Shown: piece after piece, positions 17,257 to 27,300 of the stretch | How the letters are laid out: the number at the start of each line of letters is the position of its first letter | Numbering within the stretch: the stretch's first letter is position 1 | Source of the DNA: a virus | Lineage: Duplodnaviria > Caudoviricetes | Reading direction: 5' to 3' (one strand) | IMG/VR virus record: IMGVR_UViG_3300017951_000001 | Location: 12,255-76,254 of that record | DNA length: 64,000 nucleotides | Program-made: the position numbers and the translations under genes | The notes under the pieces: model-generated | What the model was told of the DNA's origin: nothing | Databases searched by the model: none | Seen by the model: only the letters and a program-made list of their open reading frames with translations

Positions 17257-17883
17257 TCACGAATAGAAAGAACCGAGCATTGCTTTTAAGACGGACTGCG
17301 CGGAGGTTGAGTTAACCTTGATCTGGTACTCGCGAACCTTTTTCTGCCATGCTTCATACTGCTGTTGATTTACTTCGAACTTCAAGTCCCCAATACGGAA
17401 CTTGTGAACTTTGGATTGTTCCGTCTCGCTTACCTCACCGTTCGACGCGTGTCGTTCTTCTTCTTCCAGATCTTGGTCTGAACTTGCGTCTTCGAGGCCC
17501 GAATATGAAAGCCAATTTTCATCAAGCCCTGTGAATGGAACCAATTCGCTGTCCATGGTCTCGATATATTCGGAAAGTTCTTCGAAATTCCACTCGCCGT
17601 CGTGGTTGTTGTCTCGCATAGCCACGGTGACTGCTTCTGCACGAGAACCTTGGAACCAGACCACTGGAACTTCTTCCACGCCCATGCCGAGCAGAACTTT
17701 CAACCTTTGGTTCCCGCCTATGACGACGTTCTTTCCCTCGTCGTCTCGCCAAACGAGCAAAGGCTTGTAAAGGCCGAATCGACTCAATGATTCAGCTAAC
17801 TTGTCCAAGTCTTCGGGCTCGATGAAACGCGGATTCTCGTCGAATGGAACTAAACTTGAAATACTGACTTTTCCGGATTTCAT
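17257..17883 (-). CDS. ParB/Sulfiredoxin-like N-terminal-domain protein (2 of 3)
   Basis: LVPFDENPRFI, SLSRFGLYKPLLV, VIGGNQRLKVL, AMRDN. Confidence 0.85.
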   Translation of the reverse strand: MKSGKVSISSLVPFDENPRFIEPEDLDKLAESLSRFGLYKPLLVWRDDEGKNVVIGGNQRLKVLLGMGVEEVPVVWFQGSRAEAVTVAMRDNNHDGEWNFEELSEYIETMDSELVPFTGLDENWLSYSGLEDASSDQDLEEEERHASNGEVSETEQSKVHKFRIGDLKFEVNQQQYEAWQKKVREYQIKVNSTSAQSVLKAMLGSFYS

Positions 17884-18542
17884 TGAATTCCCTCGATGAT
17901 GTACTCAAACTCTGCGCCTTCCGGAGCTTCATTCCAGATCGAGACCCATCGATCGTAAAGGTGTTTGTCAACCAACCCGCTCAACTTGCCGAGCCGAGCC
18001 TTGACAAAGCCATCCACCGGACTCGCGTTGGACTCTGTTTCTTGGCTTTGCCTTGAAGAATCAAACTCGGAATCTTCGTCGAAGGCGTTCAAGTAATCTT
18101 CCAGTTCTTCGGACTTCAAAGCCAACGATGTCAGGTCTTCGACAGTGTCTTTATTAAAGCCAGAAAGCAGCGGATCAATGCCGCATTCAAACAATCCTTC
18201 AAGCAACGCACTTACTTTGTCCCAGTCCCATTGGCCTTCATTTTGATTGTCTCGGATAACGATTGCTTTGGCTTCGTCGATTGTTCCTTTGAACTCCACC
18301 ACTGGAATCGAAACCCTCGATGCTAAACCGGCCTTGGTAAGTTCGTTGTAAGCTGCGTACCTTTGGTTCCCGGCTACGATTCTCCAAGGTAAGTGGTTGT
18401 GTTCTCGCCAAACTACAAGCGGAGCGAAGAACCCAAACTCAAGCAAACTTTTCTTGAGCGAATCCATGCCTTCGTCTGAAATCTCCCTTGGATTGTCTTG
18501 GAAAGGAAGAAGTTCAGAAATGTTTACCTCAAAGACTTCCAT
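17880..18542 (-). CDS. ParB/Sulfiredoxin-like N-terminal-domain protein (3 of 3)
   Basis: LLPFQDNPREI, SLLEFGFFAPLVV, IVAGNQRYAA, IVIRDN; start MEVFEV. Confidence 0.85.
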   Translation of the reverse strand: MEVFEVNISELLPFQDNPREISDEGMDSLKKSLLEFGFFAPLVVWREHNHLPWRIVAGNQRYAAYNELTKAGLASRVSIPVVEFKGTIDEAKAIVIRDNQNEGQWDWDKVSALLEGLFECGIDPLLSGFNKDTVEDLTSLALKSEELEDYLNAFDEDSEFDSSRQSQETESNASPVDGFVKARLGKLSGLVDKHLYDRWVSIWNEAPEGAEFEYIIEGIQ

Positions 18543-18816
18543 AAACAACTCCGAAGGCAATGATGAAAATCCCGGTGAGCAATGCAGTGTTCGCAATCAA
18601 ACTCAAGGCAATTAGTTGATCAAGCCTGGATAGTTTTTCTGGCTTCGGTTCGGAAAAAACCAAAGCCAATTGTACTTTTCCTTGGAACTCGACAGCCAAA
18701 GGAGCGAGTAACGTTCTGCCTTCGGACAACGCTTGCTTGAGTTCCAAGTTGAATCTGACTTCTTTGTCCAAGTTATCGAGGTCCAACCGGACAATCTGCG
18801 GGGTAGGTTCAGCCAT
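18529..18816 (-). CDS. Small protein with C-terminal TM segment
   Basis: LIALSLIANTALLTGIFIIAFGVVY; overlaps its neighbours. Confidence 0.6.
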   Translation of the reverse strand: MAEPTPQIVRLDLDNLDKEVRFNLELKQALSEGRTLLAPLAVEFQGKVQLALVFSEPKPEKLSRLDQLIALSLIANTALLTGIFIIAFGVVYGSL

Positions 18817-18818
18817 TT

Positions 18819-19109
18819 TTATCTCCGGTCGATGAACGAGGAACTCAAGACTTTGTAATCACCTCGTTCGATAATCCTAAAACAACCCTCGAAAAGCACC
18901 ACGATACCCTTCACTCGGCGTCGTTTCATAGCCCTTCGGATGCCTTCATCCCAAGCTTTTTCGGGTATTGCCTGGAACACTGAACCCGCAGGAATTCGAA
19001 CCTGGGACTCCGGCTCGGAGGGTCCAACGTGAGCACCTCGGTGGTAGGTTAGGTCTTTCAAAATCAAGAATTTCGAAGCCCTATTCACAATCAAATTTCC
19101 TCGGTTCAA
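18819..19109 (-). CDS. Hypothetical basic protein
   Basis: Protein-like ORF abutting the next gene. Confidence 0.5.
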   Translation of the reverse strand: MNRGNLIVNRASKFLILKDLTYHRGAHVGPSEPESQVRIPAGSVFQAIPEKAWDEGIRRAMKRRRVKGIVVLFEGCFRIIERGDYKVLSSSFIDRR

Positions 19110-19493
19110 GCTTGGGCAGTAAATTTCCCGGGAAACTCAAGTCAACGCTTTGCGAAAGTGGGAGTTGGAATTCCCGGGTTAGCGCTATCAACTTGCAGTT
19201 TCCCGAAAATTGGGACTCGGTTTTCGACTTTCCGTTGGCAAGCCAAAACGAACTGGCAATCAACGATAAAACAAGAAGCGTGTAATTTCAACCGGAAAAC
19301 GGATCAGTTTTTTCATTGGCTTGTACTTCGAGTTCGAACAGAGATCAAACAACAATTGCGCTTTCAAAGCGAGTTAAACCCAAGTTTATTCAGCCAAAAT
19401 ACGAGTATTGATCAATGAATTCACTCGCGTCAATGGGCTTTGATTAGTGTTAATCCATCGGCATCGATGCAATGCCGGGTTGAGTAAAAATTC

Positions 19494-19796
19494 CTAAATA
19501 ATGGAACCACAAGCTGCACAATTGCCGAGTTCCACCATTGCTTCATGGTTCGGTTCTCCGCATGTAGGGCACGACCCTTCGGGTTTGACTTCGCAGGGTA
19601 CAAAACACAGAGCGACATTCACACCATATTGGCCTTCATGGCCGATTGTCTTAACACAGGTTCTGTATAAATATCCGCCTTCAACCTTCATTTTATAGGT
19701 GCGGGCGTTTGGGTGGCCGGATTCTACATACTGGTGTGCCTTCCCGTTTTGTTCGATTTTCACGGATTGTTCTTCATCCACGATTATCCACTTCAT
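19494..19796 (-). CDS. Hypothetical protein with C-terminal zinc ribbon
   Basis: CPTCG..CAACG; AAGGA SD. Confidence 0.6.
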   Translation of the reverse strand: MKWIIVDEEQSVKIEQNGKAHQYVESGHPNARTYKMKVEGGYLYRTCVKTIGHEGQYGVNVALCFVPCEVKPEGSCPTCGEPNHEAMVELGNCAACGSII

Positions 19797-19831
19797 TGAC
19801 TGTCCTTTTTCTGAATCAATCGGAACCGGAT

Positions 19832-19996
19832 ACGCCCATAGTTTCTAGGGAGTGAATGTCTAAACCCATAGTTTCTACGGTCATAGTTTCTGGATGGCCT
19901 GTTCACCAACCCATAGTTTCTAGGACCATAGTTTCTAGGACCATAGTTTCTACAACCATAGTTTCTACGGCCATAGTTTCTACGGCCATAGTTTCT
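19832..19996 (+). repeat. CCATAGTTTCT array 3 (9 copies, mostly 15-bp period, variable 4-nt linkers)
   Basis: Linkers ACGC, AAAC, ACGG, CAAC, AGGA, AGGA, ACAA, ACGG, ACGG; immediately downstream of the primase-helicase stop. Confidence 0.9.
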
Positions 19997-20022
19997 AGTT
20001 CCCATCAAATGAAGCCGATTCA

Positions 20023-21978
20023 TTATCCAACCACGGGCGTCAAACCCAACAACGCGGAGGGTGTTTCCTCCCACGTATTACAATACACGCAAGCAAGCGG
20101 ATCGAATGCCAACGTTACGCTGGACTCCGGTTGTCCGAATTCACTCCGAACCTTGTCGATGTGAATCTTTGTCGCAGGAAATCCGCGTTCGCTGTTCATG
20201 CCCATCCGTTCAACCACGATGCCAGCGTGAGCGTCTTGCTCAATTGCCGATGCTCCTTTCAAATGCCCGATTTTCACTCGGGCTTGATGATGAACATGGG
20301 TTCGGTTCGGATGGCATACCAGCAAAATTGTGATGCCTTCATTGACACCAATCAAAGCTAATTTTCGAACAACGTCCTCGATCGCTTGCCGTTCCCGGTC
20401 GCCAGCACCGCGCACCAGAAAACCAAGGTGATCAACCAACGCAATGCGGACGCCATAACGGCGGTTAGCGAATCGGATGCTTTCAATCACACCGTCGGCT
20501 GTCATTTCCCCGTAGTGATCCAGAATCCATAACGGAAGCGATGAAATCCGGTCCAACGACGTTGCTCGTTGTGTTGGGCTTACCGATGTGAAATCACCAC
20601 CTAGATCGGCACGCATAAGCTTTTGAACGGTTCCGATCGGGCGTTGCTCGAATGATGTGACAAGCACACCCACATCGCGATTCGCTTGTTCCCAACATAA
20701 CCATGTCAAAAACGTAGTTTTCCCGTGCCCGGTGTCACCCGTAACGACCCACAATCCCGGACGAATCCCTCCCAGAACAGCATCCAATTTCGAATTGCCA
20801 GTTGGTAACCCAATCAAACTTTGGGGATTGTTAATCAAGGTTTCGATGTCTTGAGCCCATCGATCTGCCTTCCCAAATTTCGCAGATACCATCGGCTCGG
20901 ATCGATCGAAAGCTCGCTTCATGTCATCCCAAGGCACATCCTTTTGCAGACATTCATTCGCGTCTTTGTGAGCAAACCGCGTTCGACTGCACCGGTATTT
21001 ACCAAGCTTTTCGGCTAGCTTTTCGGCTCCGTCATTGCCCGCTTGGTCTGCATCGTATGCGATACTGAAGCTTCGGAAAGGTTCTAATGCATCCAACCAT
21101 TCATCGGGCCAATTCGCTGCTGCCCCTTTCGTTCCAGAAACCACATTCGTAGTCACCCCGTACGAATGCAACGCCATCACATCAAATTCGCCTTCGGTGA
21201 TAATGACGGGTTCGTTGAAATCGACAAGGTTTTGAGAACCAAACAACGGAAGCGGACGACCAGCACAAACCCGGAATGATTTCTTCACGGCACCGTCTTT
21301 ACACGAGCCACAACCGTTGCCTTCGCATCGGAGGCATTGCCCATCGACAGACCGGAAGCGGAAAGAGACCAATTTGTTCTGTGTGTCAAACAGCGGGATT
21401 GAAACCCACCGTTCAATCACTTTGCCATTCGACCGAATCAGCAAAGCCCCAAGCTGAAAGTGGTCGATGGTATCCCAAGACAATTTCCGGACGCGATGCA
21501 GATACTCCTGCACCGGCATCCCATCGTCTGACGCCAATGCCTCGCGCGTGTCCGTTAACAACGTTTCTGACCACGCGAACGGTCCACCCGCCCCGGAATC
21601 CCCCGGGGACCGTTCGGGCCGTTTCTCGTGTCCGTTAGGCACGTCAGAAACGTGTATTACATTGGGTCGTTTGTCGCCGATCATCCCGGCCCGCGTGAAC
21701 CAATGCTTGACCATTTTGTGTTGGTCGTCATTAGCGTCTTGAAGCCTGCAACCGATGATTTTGTACGAAACGAAATCGACGCTGTCACCCGTAGCATTGC
21801 AGGACCAACATTTGAAGCCTTTTTGATTTGTCGTGACCCCAACAGGTCCGCGAGGGTCGGATCGACTGCGATGTTCGGCGTTGCAATTGGGGCACCCCAA
21901 TGTCCTCATTCGGAATTTCGGGATACCCAACATATTAGCAACAGCGGGAATCGTTGTCTTTACATCATTAATCCACAT
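20023..21978 (-). CDS. Primase-helicase (Zn finger + TOPRIM + DnaB-like SF4; T7 gp4/Twinkle-like)
   Basis: CPNC/CWSC, IITEGEFDVMA, YDADQAG, VTGDTGHGKT, LVDHLG, SAIEQDA. Confidence 0.92.
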   Translation of the reverse strand: MWINDVKTTIPAVANMLGIPKFRMRTLGCPNCNAEHRSRSDPRGPVGVTTNQKGFKCWSCNATGDSVDFVSYKIIGCRLQDANDDQHKMVKHWFTRAGMIGDKRPNVIHVSDVPNGHEKRPERSPGDSGAGGPFAWSETLLTDTREALASDDGMPVQEYLHRVRKLSWDTIDHFQLGALLIRSNGKVIERWVSIPLFDTQNKLVSFRFRSVDGQCLRCEGNGCGSCKDGAVKKSFRVCAGRPLPLFGSQNLVDFNEPVIITEGEFDVMALHSYGVTTNVVSGTKGAAANWPDEWLDALEPFRSFSIAYDADQAGNDGAEKLAEKLGKYRCSRTRFAHKDANECLQKDVPWDDMKRAFDRSEPMVSAKFGKADRWAQDIETLINNPQSLIGLPTGNSKLDAVLGGIRPGLWVVTGDTGHGKTTFLTWLCWEQANRDVGVLVTSFEQRPIGTVQKLMRADLGGDFTSVSPTQRATSLDRISSLPLWILDHYGEMTADGVIESIRFANRRYGVRIALVDHLGFLVRGAGDRERQAIEDVVRKLALIGVNEGITILLVCHPNRTHVHHQARVKIGHLKGASAIEQDAHAGIVVERMGMNSERGFPATKIHIDKVRSEFGQPESSVTLAFDPLACVYCNTWEETPSALLGLTPVVG

Positions 21979-22342
21979 TCGAACCTCCCCGGATCAATCG
22001 GAAAGGACCGAGGTTGTCTTCGGGGGCTGGGTTCGAATGCGCTTCTTGCTTGTCCAAATGCCAATTCCAAGCATTTTCAATCCGAGGAGCAAGCTTTGTC
22101 GCACGGAGCAAGCTTTCAAGCGTCAAATACGTTTTCCGATCTGGATTTTCCCCGCGCCACCAACGAGGGCCGGGATCCGTCGATCCCCAAGCATATTCGA
22201 AAAGTACCCGGAAATCCTCGGGTTTATACCCTTCATCAAGCCTGGATTTGATCAGAGCTTTTCTCGCTTTCGTGAGCCTACAAAGGTGTGGTCGTTTTTG
22301 CTTTTGTTTCCAGAATTCAAATACTTCTTGTACTTCGGTCAT
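21968..22342 (-). CDS. Replication-initiator-like C-terminal domain protein
   Basis: EVFEFW..LIKSRLDEGYKPEDF..YLTLESLLR resembles conserved phage replisome-organiser C-termini. Confidence 0.55.
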   Translation of the reverse strand: MTEVQEVFEFWKQKQKRPHLCRLTKARKALIKSRLDEGYKPEDFRVLFEYAWGSTDPGPRWWRGENPDRKTYLTLESLLRATKLAPRIENAWNWHLDKQEAHSNPAPEDNLGPFRLIRGGSNVD

Positions 22343-22369
22343 GTCTCACTGCGTGGTTTGTGGTCATTT

Positions 22370-22840
22370 TTAGGTTTCGCGGTTCACATCAACGAGCCCA
22401 ATCCATGCATCAGCCAACAATGTGATGAGGCTTGAGCCAAATTCATCGAATTCTTGGAATCCATCCAATTCAATCTCGTCACGAACGAGCAATTGAGCAA
22501 AAACAGAGTAGAAAATAAAGTCATTGGCGCGGATAGTAATCCGCCAAGGGTTCCGATCAGCCCGCCACAATACAACGGGAACCTTGTTCCGAGACCGCGC
22601 GTCAGACGATGCTTGCAACATTGCCGCATTCAAGTCAACCCGTGACGCGATTCTTTTTACCTCAAAATGGAATTTGTTCCAGAAACATTGCTCGTTCGCG
22701 GGTTCAATATCTGGTGATTCTTTCCCGCCCCGGCGAGTTTGTGGAAGTCCTCGGACCCATTGAAAACCCGTATGTTCTGTGAGAAATGCAGCCGCTTCAC
22801 GTTCGCCGCGTGAGCCTTTGTCTCGCGATTTCTTCGACAT
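22370..22840 (-). CDS. Holliday junction resolvase-like PD-(D/E)xK nuclease
   Basis: SRDKGSRGEREAA, SPDI, FEVKR, PVVLWR. Confidence 0.8.
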   Translation of the reverse strand: MSKKSRDKGSRGEREAAAFLTEHTGFQWVRGLPQTRRGGKESPDIEPANEQCFWNKFHFEVKRIASRVDLNAAMLQASSDARSRNKVPVVLWRADRNPWRITIRANDFIFYSVFAQLLVRDEIELDGFQEFDEFGSSLITLLADAWIGLVDVNRET

Positions 22841-22896
22841 GTGACACCACTTTGAAAGGAGAGGGTGAATATACCACCCCCTCCGAACAACCATTT

Positions 22897-23493
22897 TTAG
22901 AATGGAATGTCATCGTCGCTGCGCCGCGAACCACCTCGACCACCCGTCGGAACCGAAGACCCCGACGAAGCCGAGTATCCGCGATCAGGCGAAGACTTCT
23001 TCGAAAGGTAGTTGGTGTACCGTTCTTCGGCTGCATCAATCAAAGCCCGATCAGACGGGTTGAAATTCACGCAGTTGGATACCGAATCAATCGGATAACG
23101 GGCCGCATCGACTCGCTCGAAACGGCCGACTGTGCGAATGTTGGTGTAGCCGTTCCGCTCCTCGTGGCGGATTGCCATCCGGACGGGACCAGTCAACAGA
23201 ACCCGATCGAAGTCAGAACGGGGATCGAATGCGTTCTGGAACCGAATCGCCCAAGCGAAATTTTGGATTACCCACATCGCCCGGTCAGTAAGCCAAAACG
23301 TCAGGTCGAACGTAGAACCCCGGTGTTGGACACCGCCATCGGCGGATTCGAGAGCGACAAAGCGAACATTGATCACGTCCTTGTCGCCGGCTTTCCGGTA
23401 TTCACAACCGACCGGCTGCGCGATGTACTCGCCCTCGGGTGTAGTTCCCGATTTCACAGCATCTGGATTGTACTCGTTTGGATTGATAATCAT
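22897..23493 (-). CDS. Single-stranded DNA-binding protein (DUF669-like)
   Basis: PEGEY N-terminus, OB-like body, Gly/Ser linker, acidic tail DDDIPF. Confidence 0.75.
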   Translation of the reverse strand: MIINPNEYNPDAVKSGTTPEGEYIAQPVGCEYRKAGDKDVINVRFVALESADGGVQHRGSTFDLTFWLTDRAMWVIQNFAWAIRFQNAFDPRSDFDRVLLTGPVRMAIRHEERNGYTNIRTVGRFERVDAARYPIDSVSNCVNFNPSDRALIDAAEERYTNYLSKKSSPDRGYSASSGSSVPTGGRGGSRRSDDDIPF

Positions 23494-23496
23494 TTT

Positions 23497-24213
23497 TTAC
23501 CCCTGGTTGTTTGAGCGAATGGTTTCGAACCATTCTGATACGTCGGGCTCAACGACCCCGACAAGCGGGTGGCATCCCTTCACGGTATACCCAGAAGACC
23601 CTGTGAACATAACCCGGTAGTGAGTAACCGGGTTGCCATCGGGGTCTGTGGCATTCCGCGAAAACGAATAGCCGACAGCATTGAAGTATTGCGAAACCTC
23701 GTCAGCGAGCTTTTTGCCTTGGAAAGAAGGCGTGACGTGGAGATTGTCGCCGTTTTCATTTGTGGACCGTTCTGCGAGAGCGATAGCCACAACATGCATG
23801 TCAATGTTGCGGATCAAACGCATGAGCTTTCGCATGCGATCAGTCATTTCACGCCATTCGTCGAAGGTCCATTTTGCGCCCTGTGGTTGCTTCGCGACGA
23901 TGTCATCCATAATGAGTCGCTGAACCTCGGTAAGCGAATCAATCACCAAGGTTTCGAAGCCTTGCTTTCGAAGGGTTCCATTGTGGGCCGCCTTCAAGAC
24001 GTCCCGAACCTCGTTGATCGTAGGTGCGTAGACGAATGCTGCATCCGGATTGGAAGACCGAATGGATTGGAGTCCATTCCGTTCCGTCAGCAAAATGGCC
24101 GGTTTGGGTGCCGTAGCACCCGCATATGACTTTCCGGCACCGGAGTAACCGAACAACAATACTTTTATGCTGCTGTTTGGGTCAGCATCAGAAACCCGCG
24201 TAAAGTTCACCAC
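23497..24213 (-). CDS. AAA_24/Sak4-like recombination ATPase
   Basis: LLFGYSGAGKS, LVIDSLT; likely GTG start after GGAG. Confidence 0.8.
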   Translation of the reverse strand: MVNFTRVSDADPNSSIKVLLFGYSGAGKSYAGATAPKPAILLTERNGLQSIRSSNPDAAFVYAPTINEVRDVLKAAHNGTLRKQGFETLVIDSLTEVQRLIMDDIVAKQPQGAKWTFDEWREMTDRMRKLMRLIRNIDMHVVAIALAERSTNENGDNLHVTPSFQGKKLADEVSQYFNAVGYSFSRNATDPDGNPVTHYRVMFTGSSGYTVKGCHPLVGVVEPDVSEWFETIRSNNQG

Positions 24214-25330
24214 GTTCTTGCTCCCGTTTGTTAACCCAAATTTGGGTAGTTTGAGTCTTGTACCGTGCGCGCACGGCATCACCATCTTCTATACATGGGG
24301 ACCGGAACGCGCAACCATTTCCGTACCTGCAAATGGGCGTTCTAGGGAAGTTTTCGACAACGTCAGCTTCCGTCTTCGCGTTGCAGGCGGCGAATCGCAA
24401 CCGCTGAATCATTCGAGCAATGCCACGGATTTCAGCCGAGTAATTAACGCGGTCTCGGTAACCCATGGCGACCCAATCCCTCACGAAGAATTCATCATCC
24501 GATTTTTTTAAAGCGTTAATGTGGGCTGCATAATCAGCTTTATCTAACCCTAATTCACGGATTGAATCCTCGTACAACCAGCTTGGTATCTTTCGATTCT
24601 TTGCTTTGGATAAAGAACCATTTTTCAATACTTTCGGTTTGGCTAAACCGCGCATGGCGATGTCGTAAACGAATCCTTTGACCCGGCCTGCGCCATATGC
24701 CCCCGACAACAACCAGAAATACCCTTGGCCTTGCGGGTCAACTAAAGTGCCATCTTTGAATTTCGACGGTCGAGCACTTGTCTTGTGGTCCCAGCCGTAA
24801 ATTGAACCTGTTTCGATGTGCTCGATTACGGCATCCAACCTGCCGACTTGGTACATGGGAAGCTTTGAGACTTCGCACACGTTGAAATGAGCTTCTCCAG
24901 CGCGTCCGAGTCGAATGTTGCCATTGTCTTCAACAAGGTGAAATTCACCGGAGTGGCCCGTTTCTCGGTAAAACGCCTTCTCAACAGCAATAATTCTGTA
25001 CCCATCCGGAACGATGTTAGGGTATGTCCGGAGGTAACCGTCAATCAGGTAATGAAGTCCTGTTTGTTCCACTCCGAATTCGCCACAAACCTCGAATAAA
25101 GTTGATTCCCAATCAATCGTTTCTCCATTCATTTTCGAGAGCCAAAGTGATTCCATCACCTTGTGATATGCGCTCCCGAAGCGCATGGGTTCGTTCTGGT
25201 CCTCGCGAAGACCTTCAATGTATTGGAAGAAGTACTTCCGCAAACATGACAACGAAGTCCGTTCACTGTTCGTGAAGAACACGCCATCGGGCAGGTCTTC
25301 GATGTCTTCGTACCTATCGATTTTCAGCAT
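24188..25330 (-). CDS. PD-(D/E)xK exonuclease (RecB/Cas4-like)
   Basis: SCLRKY, FGSAYH, GRLDAV, DHKTS, Q..GY, CRYG..CAFRSPC. Confidence 0.8.
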   Translation of the reverse strand: MLKIDRYEDIEDLPDGVFFTNSERTSLSCLRKYFFQYIEGLREDQNEPMRFGSAYHKVMESLWLSKMNGETIDWESTLFEVCGEFGVEQTGLHYLIDGYLRTYPNIVPDGYRIIAVEKAFYRETGHSGEFHLVEDNGNIRLGRAGEAHFNVCEVSKLPMYQVGRLDAVIEHIETGSIYGWDHKTSARPSKFKDGTLVDPQGQGYFWLLSGAYGAGRVKGFVYDIAMRGLAKPKVLKNGSLSKAKNRKIPSWLYEDSIRELGLDKADYAAHINALKKSDDEFFVRDWVAMGYRDRVNYSAEIRGIARMIQRLRFAACNAKTEADVVENFPRTPICRYGNGCAFRSPCIEDGDAVRARYKTQTTQIWVNKREQERGELYAGF

Positions 25331-25367
25331 TTCGTTTCTCTCGGTCAGACAATAACCAGCATTAAGG

Positions 25368-26936
25368 TCAGAAAATGTCCGGTTCATTCTTGCTGCGCGC
25401 CGCAGCAATCGCGTAGTTGATGCTCAATGGTTCAATGGAAGCCACAGAAGTTTGCCCATATTCGAGAACATACGACTCCCGCCTTTTCGCCCATTGTCGG
25501 AGGAAAGGACCAGAATCCACAAACTCGAAAATAATCGGGTTTTTACCTTCCATGCGTAAAGTTCGACCGACCCGTTGCCTTGCGCGGCCGGCATTTTTTC
25601 CGGAACTCAAGTTGATGGCACAATCCAGTCGAGGAAGGTCTAATCCTTCGTCTGCAAGTTGAGTGGCTACCAACACATGTTTACGACCGCACTTTACTTC
25701 TTCGAGTCTTCGGACCCTTTCGTTTTTAGGAAGGTCACCAGTAACAACGACAGACGGCATACCGTGATCATTGAGTATTTCGTTCAAAGCATTTGCGACA
25801 TTGACGCGAGGTATCAATACCAACACACACCTTTCATCGCGCAAAGCCGAAGAGATCAAACGAACAGCAAGGTGCAATCGGTCAGGGTTCCGGCACGCTG
25901 AAGTAACCGCAGCGGCGTAATTCAAAGTGCCCGTGTTTAACGGAGTGTTTTTGTTCTTGAATCTACACTTCGTACAAACGAAACCGTTTAATCGGAAAGA
26001 ATCAAGTTTTTTAATCTTTCGTTTCCGATCACAACGCACACAATTGCTTGTTAGGTTGTAATCCTCCAAACCCGGCGACCAACCCGTAGCCACGGGTATG
26101 ATGTAAGGATTTTTGAGAAAACCCATCTCGATAAGTTGGGTTGTAGATATTCTGAATATGGTTGGGCCGACCAACAGGTTCTGCATAAAACCTAAACCAT
26201 CAGACCGTTCTGGCGTAGCCGTTAACCCCCACCGGAATCGACTTTTACATTTGTTAATGATGGTTTCCCAAGTAGCCGCTGGAACGTGATGACATTCATC
26301 CGTAATGACAGCGCCGGCTGTGTCTAACAACGCTGTTGCTTGCAGTGGGTTCCTGCTCAAAGTTTGGATCATAGCAACAACGATCTGGTTCTTGCGAAGT
26401 CGACAGTCGATGGTTTGTTTCACCACTGTCCCGGGTGAAAGTCGGTTTATTGTGTTTACCCACTGCCGTTGAATGTCTTTCGTATGAACAATAACGACTC
26501 CGGGTTCTCCGGAATGAAGCAACGCGGCTGCCCCTGTGGTCGTCTTCCCGGCTCCGCAAGGCATTTGGAGTATGCCTTGTCTTTTCTCCATACACGCTTC
26601 GATTGCTTTGATCTGATAATCGCGAAGTTGAACATTCAAATGGTGGAGTGGAGTTGTCTTCGAAGAGACCGAAAACACTCCCGACACGTCGTAGTCGAAA
26701 TGATCGAAGTGATTCGATAATTCATGTTGAAGTTGAAGAAATGCTCCCCGGGGAACGCAGAACCATCCCCCAGAAATAGATGCAACACACCGAGCAACCA
26801 ATTTTCCTTTGAATCGGTTGTTCGATGCGGGAGTTAAATACGTGAACCGCTTGTTCAGTTTCAAAGCAAGCGATTCACTCAAATCACGAATCGGAACACG
26901 AGCGAGATTGTCAATCCTGATCGTGATCCGATTCAC
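25368..26936 (-). CDS. SF2 DEAH helicase with CxxC insertion
   Basis: LRDYQ, CGAGKT, DECHH, GLTATP, EGLDLP, QRVGR; GTGA overlap start. Confidence 0.9.
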   Translation of the reverse strand: MNRITIRIDNLARVPIRDLSESLALKLNKRFTYLTPASNNRFKGKLVARCVASISGGWFCVPRGAFLQLQHELSNHFDHFDYDVSGVFSVSSKTTPLHHLNVQLRDYQIKAIEACMEKRQGILQMPCGAGKTTTGAAALLHSGEPGVVIVHTKDIQRQWVNTINRLSPGTVVKQTIDCRLRKNQIVVAMIQTLSRNPLQATALLDTAGAVITDECHHVPAATWETIINKCKSRFRWGLTATPERSDGLGFMQNLLVGPTIFRISTTQLIEMGFLKNPYIIPVATGWSPGLEDYNLTSNCVRCDRKRKIKKLDSFRLNGFVCTKCRFKNKNTPLNTGTLNYAAAVTSACRNPDRLHLAVRLISSALRDERCVLVLIPRVNVANALNEILNDHGMPSVVVTGDLPKNERVRRLEEVKCGRKHVLVATQLADEGLDLPRLDCAINLSSGKNAGRARQRVGRTLRMEGKNPIIFEFVDSGPFLRQWAKRRESYVLEYGQTSVASIEPLSINYAIAAARSKNEPDIF

Positions 26937-27283
26937 TTCAATTCCCGAGGCCAATGTTTGGGCCAAGATGAAATGGTATACACCGAGAATCCAGCCGTGG
27001 ATTCTGCAACGCCCAAAACATCACCCCACAAGTGAGGGCATAAGTTGTTTCCGCCGTGTGGGTCTGGTCCCCAAAAAGCAGAGCGAACCCGAATAGGTTC
27101 ACCGATGTAAAACACCTTTCCGCCCAATGTCGTTGAGTTGGAAGAACCGAACAATTCGGCAGGCAAGTAGAAGTAGTCGCTTTCAATGAAATCCGCGACG
27201 AGCACCGCCTGGGCTCCGAATTCAGCTTCATCGACGGTTGCGAATCTTTTCCCGAGCGAATGTGTAACTTTTAGAATTGGCAT
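26933..27283 (-). CDS. Hypothetical protein
   Basis: AGGAG SD, coupled to the helicase. Confidence 0.6.
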   Translation of the reverse strand: MPILKVTHSLGKRFATVDEAEFGAQAVLVADFIESDYFYLPAELFGSSNSTTLGGKVFYIGEPIRVRSAFWGPDPHGGNNLCPHLWGDVLGVAESTAGFSVYTISSWPKHWPRELK

Positions 27284-27300
27284 GGTTGTACTCCTAACAA

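Noticed and set aside
8856-19996. CRISPR or mini-CRISPR interpretation of the CCATAGTTTCT arrays
   Set aside because: An 11-bp repeat with 4-nt linkers is far too short, and no cas operon is present. The Cas4-like nuclease at 24188 sits in a recombination module.
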